Assembly: GCA_012295275.1 (NCBI GenBank)
Contig: CM022667.1
Span: 9,548,001-9,612,000, forward strand
DNA: 64,000 nt
From: Chrysomallon squamiferum
Lineage: Eukaryota > Animalia > Mollusca
Direction: 5' to 3'
This document shows positions 50,617 through 64,000 of the stretch, in pieces. The translations under genes were made by a program, and so were the position numbers. The notes under the pieces are model-generated. The model had not been told where the DNA came from, did not search any database, and saw only the letters and a program-made list of their open reading frames with translations. Numbering within the stretch: position 1 is the stretch's first letter; each line of letters opens with the position of its first letter.

Positions 50617-51991
50617 AAACAAAACAATTTAAAATTATGTGTTAAAATAATTAAATGCATACATTACTAATAGCAACAATTCTTCTGAATTAGTACTCCA
50701 TTTGATTAGACTAAATAATTATGTTAATGATAAATTGAAAAGTTAAAAAAAAAAAAAAAAAAAAAAATTATTATATAAACGTTTAATAATTTTAAAAAGA
50801 ATAAAAGTAAATATTAGTTTCAAATGAAATAAAATGTTAGAAAACCTATACGGAACAATGCAGTTATTGTTTGTTTTTGTTGTTTTTTAATATTTGTTTA
50901 CCATGTTGTTTTGAATGTAGCGCGATTCCACTTAGAAGATTTTTCTTTGGATTTCCTGAAAGTTGTAAACATGAAAAGTCAAATATTTCAAAAATTATTT
51001 TATACAGATGGATTAACTGTGCAACTGACAAATAAATAAATACATACATATATATATATAACATATATACAGGTGCGTGCACACTTACACACTAATAACA
51101 TACACACATTTTCAGAGCTAATACTCAGTGCAGTGGGGTAAATGGTGATGATGTCAACAACATTAACATCAGCGACAGTAGTGACAATACTACCAACGTC
51201 ATCTAAAATGTATCACTATCAACCACAACGACAATTAATAACAATAACAACAACAAATCTAGAATATAGCTTTTTAAAATGTGAACAAGAAATAATTTAA
51301 TTTTAATTAAAATAATAATCAAAAATTATAATAATGATGATGCTGTTGATGATGATAACGTATTTTGATAACCAGCTCTTCTTAATTACAAATACAAAAA
51401 TATATGTCTTCTTGTACATACATTAATATAACATATATATTTTGTCAGATTTATATCTTTGCTTAAAGTTTTATAATTATGTTTATTAATATAAAAATAA
51501 ATAAACAAAGTTTCTTGAAATCTAGAAAAGATCAACAAACAAAAAATGTGGTAATAAAAATCATGTTATTATTTATGTCTCTGTACTAGAAACGTTAAAG
51601 CTAAATTTATAAAATTGTATTTTCGCTTTTCCTAAATGTAACTCTTTTGCTTAGTTATCCATCAGTTATTTCCCTTTAGCTAATTTCGCAGTTTCACCGC
51701 GCTTAAGATTAAAAACGTCTAGATGTGTGCTTCAAACTGACACGATGATAATAATAATAAAAATAACAATAATAATAATAACAATAATAACAATAATAAT
51801 AATAATAATGATAATGAAAATAATTTGAAAATAATGCTGATAACAGCAATAATAAAGATAATGATGGTGATAATAATAATAATTATACTGATACTAATAA
51901 TGATAATAATAATGATGACGATGATAATAAATAATAATAAAATAACAATAACATAAACACACAGCCACACCCACCCACCCACACAAACACA

Positions 51992-52025
<34 letters not shown>

Positions 52026-53004
52026 AATACAAATGCATGTACATACATAATAACATTACATGAACACGGAACAAACAGACATTTACAAATCAGCTTCAGT
52101 TCAAAATAATTATGGTGAGTTGATCATTTGTAATGGTGCAGAAATAAAATAAGAAATATTTATGAATAAAGTAAATAAAACGTTGTTTTGTACGGCAGAG
52201 AAAGTGATACTACGAGCTGACGAAGCAAAGTCTGTTGTCAGTGTAACAAGAGGCGGGACGTTTTGGCTCGGTTCTCGCATATTTTGGTACGAAGCCAGGT
52301 ACAACAATAACATGTGGTGCGTGAAGAGCGAGGTCATCGGTACAGACTGCACGCGCAGCTGTAGGTGGTACTTCGTAACATTTAACACAGATGGCGCCAC
52401 TTGTCTTAGACCGGAATTAGTAGTCAGGAAAATACTATCTCGGACGTTTTACATTCGCCTATTTTTTTATTTTTTTATTTTATTATTATTATTATTATTA
52501 TTTTTTTTTTTTGTCATAGTAAATAATGAAAATTCAGATGTGAAACCGAGAGAATTTTGAAATAAAGAAGATTGTCAGGTTATAGTTAAGAAGCTAGATA
52601 TAAACAGCTTACGTGTGTTTATATAATGATTGAAATCCGAGATGAAAGTTATAACTGTAAAAATAATAGTTACGACTTTGTAAACATCGTGGAAGTCACT
52701 ATCTGAACGTGTTTGTTTAAAACGAGTGAGAATAGTTTGTTCAGTGCATGGAGTACGTGAGTTTTAAATGTGCACTGTGTAAACGTCTACGTATAATTAC
52801 TAAGTATAAATATACATATAGAAATAAACAAATTAAATATAGAGGCAAATACACACAACATACAGACACGCAATACACACACATAAACACCCACAAACAA
52901 ACAAACAAATAGTATACACGAGTACATAACTGGCAGATAACGCCTATGAAATAGTTCTGTAATAAAAGACACATGCATTATGATTTACGTGTTTTATATA
53001 TAGG

Positions 53005-53060
<56 letters not shown>

Positions 53061-53262
53061 ACACATTATTCACATCTATCTGCTTCACCAAAGCTGTATT
53101 AATTTCAGTAATTTTGAAACACGTATCAATGATAAACATTCAAGGGAAACACACCAGCAAACTCTACCAAACCAACGTTGAAATATGTGTATATATGAGC
53201 GTAATGTGAATATTTGTATGTATATGTATATATATATGTGCATGTATCTGTATATATATATG

Positions 53263-53312
<50 letters not shown>

Positions 53313-54109
53313 TTTTTATTTTTATTTATTTTATTTTTTTTGTCTTCTCTTCCCTCCTTTAATCTAGGTCAAAACAATCAGTACGGGTCACTTCTCGGTA
53401 AATAGCACGGCACCAGAAAATTTAGTGCGCTGAATTCTTCGCCTGTCTAACTCTGCAGTCCCGATCTCGTGTTACAGTTTGCACGTGTTAAACTGACCAT
53501 TGCCCACTGCGTTTGCTGCTGGTCACCTCAGGCCAGCGCGTGCACGGCCTCTGTCTGCTAGCACGTGTTAGAAAGGTAATTATAAATTCGAGTGAGGATG
53601 GTAGTCCGAAACGAATAAATAATCCCTGTTTAGTGTCTGCTTTTCTCTTTCGGAATGTTTTACTGCTCTTAATAACATCGTGGGAATGACACTTAGAGAA
53701 ATTCAGAGGTTATCTTTTCTTGTAAATAAAGCAGAAAATGAAAGTATTCTGTGTTTGTTTTATGTATATATGTATGTATGTGTGCCCTAAGTTAAATACT
53801 GGAAAATCTCTTTCTATATTGATATTGGTTGCTTTTGTGTGTTTCTGTGTGTGTGTTTCTGTGTGTGTGTATCTGTGTGTATCTATCTATATTTATAGAT
53901 AGACAGATAGATAGAGAGAGAGAGAGAGAGAGGTTCATAATGTACGTTTGTATATACATACATACATATATATATACAGCGTATATGTATAAATATATAA
54001 AAGTGTTTAAGAATGTTTTTATGAGATATATCTGTATTTATGCATAAAGTGATGTACACTGTAAGCATGAATGTTTATTTGTATATGGATGTGTCTGTAT
54101 CTAAGCGTG

Positions 54110-54356
54110 CATGCATGTATGTATGTATGAGTGTGTGTGTGTATGTATGAGTGTGTGTGTGTGTGTTTGTGTGTAGATGTGTGTGTGTATGTGTGTGTGT
54201 ATGTGTGTGTGTATGAGTGTGTGTTTATGTGTGTATGTGTGTGTGTATGAGTGTGTGTTTGTGTGTGTGTATGTATGTATGAGTGTGTGTGTGTGTGTAT
54301 GTGTATGTATGTGTGTGTATGTATGTGTGTGTATGTATGTGAGTGTATGTGTGTTT
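54110..54356. repeat. Degenerate (GT)n/(GTAT)n repeat
   Basis: Direct reading. Confidence 0.9.
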
Positions 54357-55133
54357 GAGGTAAATACGTTTGCACTGGCTGAGCCCTACCACACTGTAAA
54401 CGCTATAAACAAACGCATCACGCGGGGAGAGAGCAGGCGCGGTACAAGATGACGACTGACAACGGTAATTAAGATTAGACTGGAAGAAAACGCTGAAACA
54501 CCGGAAACGCCTCTTCACTGATAATACTTTCTAATAAACCTAATATCGTTTACAAACAGACGTCATAGTGACACAACAACGCAGTTTATATCTAATAATA
54601 AACCATTAGCTTGGTAACTCGATTTTTCGCTTTCTTCTGCTCTTATTTTTGTTTTCTGTGAGATTATTTCGGTACAGTAGCTTTTTCTACAAAACAGGTG
54701 GTCCTTCATTTATATATATATACACAGACATATATACATAGATATAAACATACATTCATACATCATACGTCTGCTGTGTTTTAATAATGCAAAGACAAAT
54801 TCACTCTAATCGTACTCTGTTCGTTTTGAAACTAATACTGTAACTTGAGTAATATTAACAGAAGAAATTTCCAGCTGTATAAAATAAAGTTCAAAACTGA
54901 TTTCTTCTTTGTGCTTTGAAATTTCATGATTACAACAAGTCTACCTAATTGACTTCACACAGATAATTGTCTAAAAGAATGTTTGCTCATTTTGTCCCCT
55001 CTAAGTTATATATCCCAAGCTTAGAATGTCATCACAAATTATCGTTCAAAATTATTAATATAAATAAACTGTAATGCCACAGTTCAGTTTTATCTGACCC
55101 AGTAGTTACTTATGATGATATGTATAAAAATGT

Positions 55134-55164
<31 letters not shown>

Positions 55165-56185
55165 AATACAATATTTGTGTTACATTACTGTAAAACTGGC
55201 ATTCTAACTCACTTAAACTGAATATATATATATATATATTTATTTACAGTTTTAACATAAAATAATATTACTGTTATGTTACATTTGGACAAATATTTCA
55301 TTCTGACGTCATAAATCATAGCTTTAGAATATTCATTGATGATATTGGTGGTAAATTATACTTTAACAAAACATCACGTTCTGACGTCATAACTGACTGT
55401 CTGAAAGATACTTTACTACAGAATATTAATACACGATAAAATTGACAAACCATCTCACTGTAACATCATAAATTACCGGAAAAACCGGTGTCTACCATTT
55501 TTCTCTTACACTTTAATTTTATGAAAATTAGGTCTTTAGGAAAAATCACAAAACAATCACCAAGAAGTAAATAAAATAAATTACTATTTTTGGTGCCATT
55601 ATCACAGGTACAATTTAAAAAACAATCTGAAAGGCATAAGCTAAACTTTATTTCTATCTACTATTTCTAAAACAGTTTAATAAACCTTGCTCAAAACATA
55701 CATAATCATTATCTCTAGAATCCTTACACGACCATCTACACCCTCCAGTCAGTCTCTGGCCTGGACTTTCTAGACTTGCTAACCCATTTAGACACGATCT
55801 CTTTCAATCGGGACTAGTTTTCTCTTTCTCTGCTACTGGGTCAGGGTGTTTTGTCAGTGAGTATCTGTAACATTCTGGCTCGCATCTGTAGCAGAAAATC
55901 TCACACGTCATTCGTACAACGAATAACTGACTGGGAAAAATGTCAAAATGCGACCCGGCCAAATACTAGTAAGTTCAGTGGAAAGAAAGAAAGAAAGAAA
56001 GAAAGAAAAGAAAGAAAGAAAGAAAAAGAAGAAGGATGAATGAAATTTGTTTAATGATAAGAAGTAGGTGAAAGAAATAGTGGATAATAATAAGGATGAA
56101 GATGATGAAAAAAGAAAAGAAAGACAAAACCAGATGGATAGACGGAATATTGAGTATGGGATAGATTGCAGAAAGAGACGGATGA

Positions 56186-56348
56186 ATACATACATACATA
56201 CATACATACATACATACATACATTCATACATTCATACATACATACATACATACATACATACATACATACATACATACATACATACATACATACATACATA
56301 CATACATACATACATACATACATACATACATACATACATACATACATA
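56186..56348. repeat. (TACA)n microsatellite
   Basis: Direct reading. Confidence 0.95.
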
Positions 56349-56949
56349 CACAAACACACATAAAAAAATACAAAACGGAAAAGAAAAAAAAATTAAAACC
56401 TCTCTTGCGTTCGGTGGTTAATAAAATTTAGTTATTATGTATCAATTTATTTATTTATTCATTCATTCATTCATTCATTCATTCATTTATTCAGTTTATA
56501 ATCGTCCCATTTGCCAAGCATTCCAACTATTTTCTACAAACAGATCGAATCTCAACGGAGGGCCCATCCACCACGCCATTTATCTCAGTCGCAATTTTCG
56601 GACATTTTTCTTATTCTATACTTAACTATTACTTCTTTTTCTTTTTTTTAACCTCTTATCCAGAAATTGTTGCTAATGGATACCTTATGATGACGTCATA
56701 GCGATATAAAAGAGAAGAAGATGCAACAAACAGCCGCTTATCGAAACAAACGTGTCTGCCAAAGATCTGGCAATATCTCGAGTTATGGGTGAACTTGGAC
56801 CGTTTCTCTCCAGTTTATGAATGCAAACAAAAAGTTCATTACGACCTGTTTTATTAGTCTTGTTGCCACTTGCCTCTGATACTAAAAATATTGCTTATCT
56901 GTTGGTAAAAAGTACGATAGACATAGACAGCGGTAAATACTAAAGTTTA

Positions 56950-56983
<34 letters not shown>

Positions 56984-57309
56984 CTATATGTTTATATTAT
57001 TTCAGATGAATTTACGGTTGCAGTCATACAGGTAACTAACCGAGTTATGAGATGTTGTTGATAAAACGTTCATAGCACACACACCTGCCAAAACAGTTAT
57101 GTGTTGTTTTTGTTATTATCTTCATCATCATCATCATCGTCTTCACTATTATTAGTATTATTTTAGTATTTCAAATTATTATTATCAGCAGCAAAATCTT
57201 CATCAGTATTATTTTATTATTATAAATTATTATCATTTCATCATCATCATTACTATTATTATTATTATTATTATTATTACTATTATTATTATTATCATCA
57301 TCATCATCA

Positions 57310-57355
<46 letters not shown>

Positions 57356-58164
57356 GGTCATCATTATCATTATTATTATCAAACCATTATTATCATCAAA
57401 ATTATTATTGTTATTGTCATTGTCGTCTTCGTCATCATTTAAAATTACGTTTTAATTAAGAATCTATAAGTTTTTTTGTTAATCTGTCTGTCTGTCTGAT
57501 TAATCATTGACCTGTCTGTCTTTCATTCTGTCACATCGAACTGGAGTCGCTACAGCTGTTCTATCTCTTTGTCTAAAAATATTTTTATTATTATATTTTT
57601 CTGTCGTACATAAAGATTGTGTCGAAAACACAAACGTAAACTTATTAAAAAGAAATAAATTGATAAAATTCTCCAAAATAATCAATAATAATAATAATAA
57701 AGATTACTATGATGATAACGACAATAATAACAATAAAATAATAACAACAGTTATTACTAATATTACAATAATAATAATAATAACGATTATAAGATATGTT
57801 GTTGCTGTTATTTTTCTTATTATTACTACTATTACTTTTATCGTTATAATGATGATGATGATGATGATGATTACAACAATTTTGTGGTGAGATTTTCATT
57901 CTTTTTTTTCTTTTTTTTCTTTTGTTATAGGTGTATGTGGACTTAAATATTTATTTAAAATAGAAATAATAAGTTTTTGTTTTACACACACACACACACA
58001 CACACAAACACACAAACACACATACACCTGTTAAATAACAGAAGAAAAATAAACTATATGATAAAAACAAGTAAGATTATTATAAATATACAGTTTCATG
58101 GAGGATGAATCAGACAGTATTGCTTTAATCTTTCATCTCCAAAAAACACAATAAACAGTTAATG

Positions 58165-58234
<70 letters not shown>

Positions 58235-60708
58235 CTGGTTATATGTTCCATGACTCCATACATATGTGAAAAAAACATGAACGCTCTGGACATTGAATTA
58301 AAATGAAATAATTTTACTTTATTTGTGTTCATAACTGAAACCACGTCTGTTGGTACTATTACGAACAGAAATCCCACTGTAATACGGCATTCTAGCAATA
58401 TTTCAGAACTGAGCTGGTCAAAATGTATTTATTTATTTATTTGTTTGTCTGTCTGTTTGTTTGTTTGTTTATGTGTTTATTTATTCGTTTGTCCTTATAT
58501 ATATATATATATATTATATATATTATTATTATTATTATACTTTATTTTACTTTGTTATTATTATTACTTTTTGATTAATTAAATTATACTGTTTAAAATA
58601 CCCGCAATTGGTTATTTATTTATTTATTTGTTTATTTATTTATTCTTTTTGTTTTATTTCATTTACTTTATTTTAGTTCAAATAAAATAACAATAATTAT
58701 TAACAACACAAACAAACACAAAAAAAAAAAAAAAAATCACCACGACATTCCATCATAAAAAAAGACACACCGTACACTAAATAATGCACAGAAGGAGGTA
58801 TATAACACATTTAACGATAGAAAGAAGAAAGCTAACATACTTTTTACTCCACACTATTCCAGTCTGTAACTTCCCTAACACAATAAACTGTGAACTGGGA
58901 AAACTGCCACCAGACTGACCTATCTTTATCTACTTCTGTCTTTTTTTCTGAACACTACCAGACGTTTGCTTGTTTGCCTGTCACTCTCTCGTCATCAACA
59001 CATGCTTACAAAAACATTCCACGCACTCAAAGAAAATACCAAGAACAACTTACGGACAGTAACGCTCCCAGATCTCGAGTGTGCGCTTTTCTGTACTGGT
59101 ACATATTTCTTCACGAATCGAACAAGTCCACTTTCTTTTTCCTTTTCTTTTTTTCTTTTTTTTTTACAAAAAGAAAAGAAATTTATAAAAACACAAAAAA
59201 AAAAAATGTGGTAGAAGTTCTTTTTACATTGGCCCCTAAGTTACTCAACTCGTCTTCAGTCGTAACAGCAACAACCGCGGCAACAGCAGAAGCAGCAGTA
59301 CTTTTCGAAATACATCCTCTTTTCCCCGCACCTGTGATGTCGTCTGCTTTTGATGATAACGCGCGAGCTTTTCGCCGAAGCAGAAGAAGTCTTTCTACTA
59401 ACCACAAAAATCTATCTCTTAACAGATTGGTCCCAAAATGGATCAAGAAAGTATCGCGTTTCTGTGATAACACCCTGCTGCATCATTTCGTTCAACGAAA
59501 GCACTTCTATTAATTCTGTGAGTATCGAAAAAAACACACATATACACCTTATCAGCTGAAGTATATACATATATATAAAAAAAAATTATATATGTGAATC
59601 CTTAAAAGTTTTATGGCTCCTAAGAAAAAGTTGTTGAGCGGTAAATCCCAGTCTTTTTTTTTTCTTTCTTTCTTTCTCACTTCGAGAAGCGGATGATTAG
59701 ATTACCTGGCGCATCTTCCATCAGTGGGGCACTCTGCTCCCCATGGTAACAGCGAGGTTTTTCTACGAGTGAATCAGAAGATGGGCAAGAGGTAACTAAC
59801 TACAAGCTGTAAGAGATAATGGAACACATCTTGCATCTCCCGCGTACGGAATTATATCACTGGCGCGCGCGCGCATGCTTGCACGGAAACAGCTGATCGG
59901 TAGAAGCAGACGAATGAACAATAACCGCATTATAAAAAAAGAAAGAAGAAGAAAAAAAGTTACGATTATGGACTGAGGAAAATTGTGTTACAATCATCTT
60001 ATTATTATTATTTGTTGTTGTTGTTGTTGTTGTTATTATTATTATTATTATTATTACTGTTATTTATCAAATAAAATAAACAACCCTAAAAAGAACAAAA
60101 ATTACGCACAGCCCCCACTTTTTAGTTTCGCTTGACAGAACAGACGTTTCCATGACGTACACAATACTCGTGACGTAAACACTTTCTGTTTTCAGTACGT
60201 CTGACAATACCTCGTTCTCACAGAGACCAGTTGTGTAAACAGTACAACAACTACACAGCGAAATTTTCATTCAGAAAAACCAGACCACACAGACAACATG
60301 CACGTGTAAATGAGTTCATCACTTCAAAGGGAATCTGGACTCTGCAGCAGATGTATTAATTGACGTATCTGTGTCCTCTGTCTGTCCGTCTCTCCAATCT
60401 GGCTTATTTCAGAAAAACTGTAACGGTTACTGTTTTTACAATGACTGATCTGTCTGTTAATCTAGTCATTTCGTATCTCGTCCATTTTTTCTTTTCTTTC
60501 TTCCTATCTTCTTTTTAACCTCTTCTCAAATTTTCTTTTTGGTTTGCTTTTTCCATCATTGTCTTTACTCACATTCTTTCTCTCCGTTTCTTTCATTTTT
60601 CATTCTCTCCATCTGTGTTTCGCTTTCAATCATTTCTCACTCTCTCTTTATCTGTTTCTCAAATATTTCTTTCTCATTCAGTTACTTATCTAATATATCT
60701 CTATCTTT

Positions 60709-60748
<40 letters not shown>

Positions 60749-61550
60749 CACACACACACACAAACGCACACAGATCGATAGATAGACAAACAGACAGAGA
60801 TAGATAGATTAATATATAGATAGATAGAGATAGATATAGATAGATATAGATATAGATATAGATATGTAGATGTATGCATAAAAAGTGACTAAACCGTAAT
60901 AGAATCATGTTTCAACGAAATAATCCATCAAGTGTAAGCAAATGTTCAAACTCGCCTTCTTCATGTCTTAAACAGAGTTTATTTATGTTTATAAAATAAT
61001 ACTGAATATTACGATAAGGTCCGTCGGTACATAACGGTAATACTCTCGCTTATCGAGCGATATCTTACATAATCAAACATATCTGATTATGTAGCTAGGA
61101 TATTTGCCCGCTCCAGACAGGAAGTAAGCACAGAACCAAGAACCTAACAGTCTGAAACCTACTGACTTAACCATTATAGAACCGAGCAACAACATACAAA
61201 AAAAAAAAAAAAAAAACTAATAAATACCAAAACACCTTACTACTCATATATCCTCATAAATAGTGTTAAAGGAATTTTCTAGAATCCGGCAAAGATGAAA
61301 GGAGAGTTTTGCAAGTGTTTTGCACGCCTTGTTTACGTAGGTAGGTGAATGGACAGGGAAATGATTTCTTTGAAAACAAGTTAGGGAAGTGTTTAACAAA
61401 CGACCGTGTTCTTAAAGAATGTATCACGTACGATAATGAGCTACAGTTTTCACTTCCGCTGTTAGTTGTTTTGGTTCATAGCACTTTGCCCAAGAGTCGT
61501 GATGTTTCCCATATGTTTAGACGTTTTAATTACCTCCCCTTTTACTTTAT

Positions 61551-61623
<73 letters not shown>

Positions 61624-63015
61624 GAGAGTTAATGAACGTTTTTAAAACTTTGTTGATATATTAGTTTAAGTGAATACCGTGAATGTAGTTACGTATGTAA
61701 TTACATTCACACACGCAAACACTCAGATACACACATACTTATACATACATACAGACAGACATATATATACATACAATCATGCATGAAACAACATTAAAAA
61801 TTTTAAACATCAAAGGTAAAAGTACTTAAAAACTATTTCACGTCGAATCTTACTTTATTAATCGAAATTTATTCTACTGGGAGTTACAACTTTCTGGAGA
61901 ATTTTACCTTCTACGTCCATTCTTTTTAAATGTAACCACTCTCCTGCATAGGAGATTCTAAATATATTACTGGGCTACATCAAAGCGTTTTAATCATAAC
62001 GAAAAGAAAAGACGATATTGTTTATAAAGTTTCTTTTACTGACTTACGAAACTGGCTCTTCTGACTGACTCAGTCTAATCTATTTTTAGAAATGTTACGA
62101 ACCATAAAAAAGTAAAAAAAAAAAGAAAAGATAAATATGATTAAATTTTTTTTTTTTTTAAATAAAAAGATTCACGATTATATTCTGTCGTTGATATCTA
62201 CTTAAATGATTAAAGGGCTGTTAGTGTTTAAAATGGAAGCTCTCAAACAAATTTTATCGCGAAATTCAACGACGAAAATGTCACTGTAGAACGTATTATC
62301 GTTGTAATGTTTCACCGGAGTCAAGAGTGGTCATGACTGATAAAATGCAACTGCTATATTTTGGTTAAAGTTGTAAATTTTATAAAAGAAATAAAAAATT
62401 TAAAACAAAAATGAGACACTGCTGTTTTTATTATTATTATTATTATTATTACTTTAAATAAATATCAAACAAATGAATCTGATTGCTAGAGAGAAATTAA
62501 TGATTTTTTTAAATTATTAATGGCAAAAAATAGAAGTTTAATGTTAGAAGATAAAACTACTGTCTCTCTGTCTCTGTATATGTCTCTCTATCTGTCTATA
62601 CATGTTTACCTGATGCTCTGAGGTATATTTATAATAAAAACACTCGAACGAAGTAACCAGACGGTAGTTAAAGTAGTCAACGAGAACATCATTATTATTT
62701 ATTACTACAGTGGTTTTTTGGGGGGGGTTTCGGTTGTTGTTTTTTTCGGTTAGGTCTGTGTGGTATGTAAAATTATAATCTTCCATTCACTTATAGTATT
62801 TTATATGTTTATGTAATGCAACGCCCAAACATATTTTTTTATTATTTTTTTTTAATCATCTTATAACTATACCCACTGGGACTATTTGGCGTTGATGCAG
62901 GATACAGTTATTTCAGCAGTCGTGCAACGGCTAAGGATGAGTTCACTAAGTATTTTAAGCTCCAGCGATTTCGCCTACGTATTTTCTTATGAACCAAAAA
63001 ATACAGATAAGAATT

Positions 63016-63107
<92 letters not shown>

Positions 63108-64000
63108 TAAATTAATAAATAAATTAATAAAAAGTATTTCGTGTGTTTGTATGTGTATATTTGTAAACGACTTGTTTGCATATTTCTCTTTCTGTATGTG
63201 TACGTATGGATTTTTGTATGTATATGTGTGTAGTTTTGTGTGTTTATGTGGTTGTGTATGTCTGTGTGTGTAAAATTATGGTTTCATAAATTAAGTTTAT
63301 TGTGGTCAGCCACAGAACGAGTTCATGGATCAGTTAAAATGAACCGCAGAATTAAGACTTTCATAAAACTGCCATAACGATTAGAACTGGAAACAGATGA
63401 ATGTATGTACCGACTGACTGATTGTTTCTGTGACAATTATCAAACTCTCTAATTGAAAAAAAAAAAAAAAAATTAAGGTATTTATTATTATCTTTGGCTT
63501 TATGTTTTTGTGTATGTGCGTGTGTGTGTATGTATGTTTGTTTGTATATATGTATGTATGTATGTATATATATGTATATATGTATGTGTGTATGTGTATG
63601 TATATATATGTATATATGTATGCGACTGTGTGTTTCTAAAAAAAGAAAAATCAAAAAAATTATTTAATATTTTTATGGTTTTTTTTTTTTTCAGTTTTCG
63701 TAAGATTAAGACGGGTGTCAGTTTATTTTAAATAACTTTTTTATCTCCAGATTTGATGCTGTTTCAGTTTTAATGGCGTTTCTCTCAGACATTCGACACG
63801 CACATTTTATCTTTGCGATAAAACAATCTGCACGTAGATTAAAACTGACCAAGAAAAGATCATGTAATGACAAAAACCAGATTAAAACAAGATGGTTATG
63901 ATCGTTTCTTTGATATTTTAAAATAAAGTTATAATCTATCATATAAAGGTTTTGGAGATTAGAGAACTGTTTTTGAAGTCGATGGAGATATTTTTGGTCA

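Noticed and set aside
52110-52560. Opposing 132-aa and 96-aa ORFs in a GC-richer island
   Set aside because: No recognisable domain or splice structure; more likely non-coding.
58890-59513. 207-aa plus-strand ORF and opposite 96-aa ORF
   Set aside because: The long ORF crosses poly-T/poly-A runs; no homology or convincing splice sites.

Overview
Eukaryotic (animal) genomic DNA, very AT-rich and dense in microsatellites. It looks mollusc/lophotrochozoan-like, but the taxon is not provable here. It holds the 5' part of one formin gene of the FHOD1/FHOD3 (Fhos) family on the minus strand. I traced 14 GT-AG exons with matching phases from ATG 25650 to 1688 (838 codons: GBD/FH3 armadillo region, linker, FH1 polyproline, start of FH2); the rest of FH2 and the DAD lie left of the window. 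Upstream, a 3045-nt phase 0-0 exon (29397-32441) and a 54-nt exon (49467-49520) can replace canonical exon 1, giving a >1000-aa mostly disordered alternative N-terminus. Main observations: a candidate 6-nt microexon in the FH2 linker, a minisatellite that copies an exon end plus its splice donor, dense CAGGTR clusters, and a sharp change in intronic CpG density near the canonical first exon. Nearly all other ORFs in the track are microsatellite or antisense artefacts. No prokaryotic, CRISPR, rRNA or intact tRNA features were seen.
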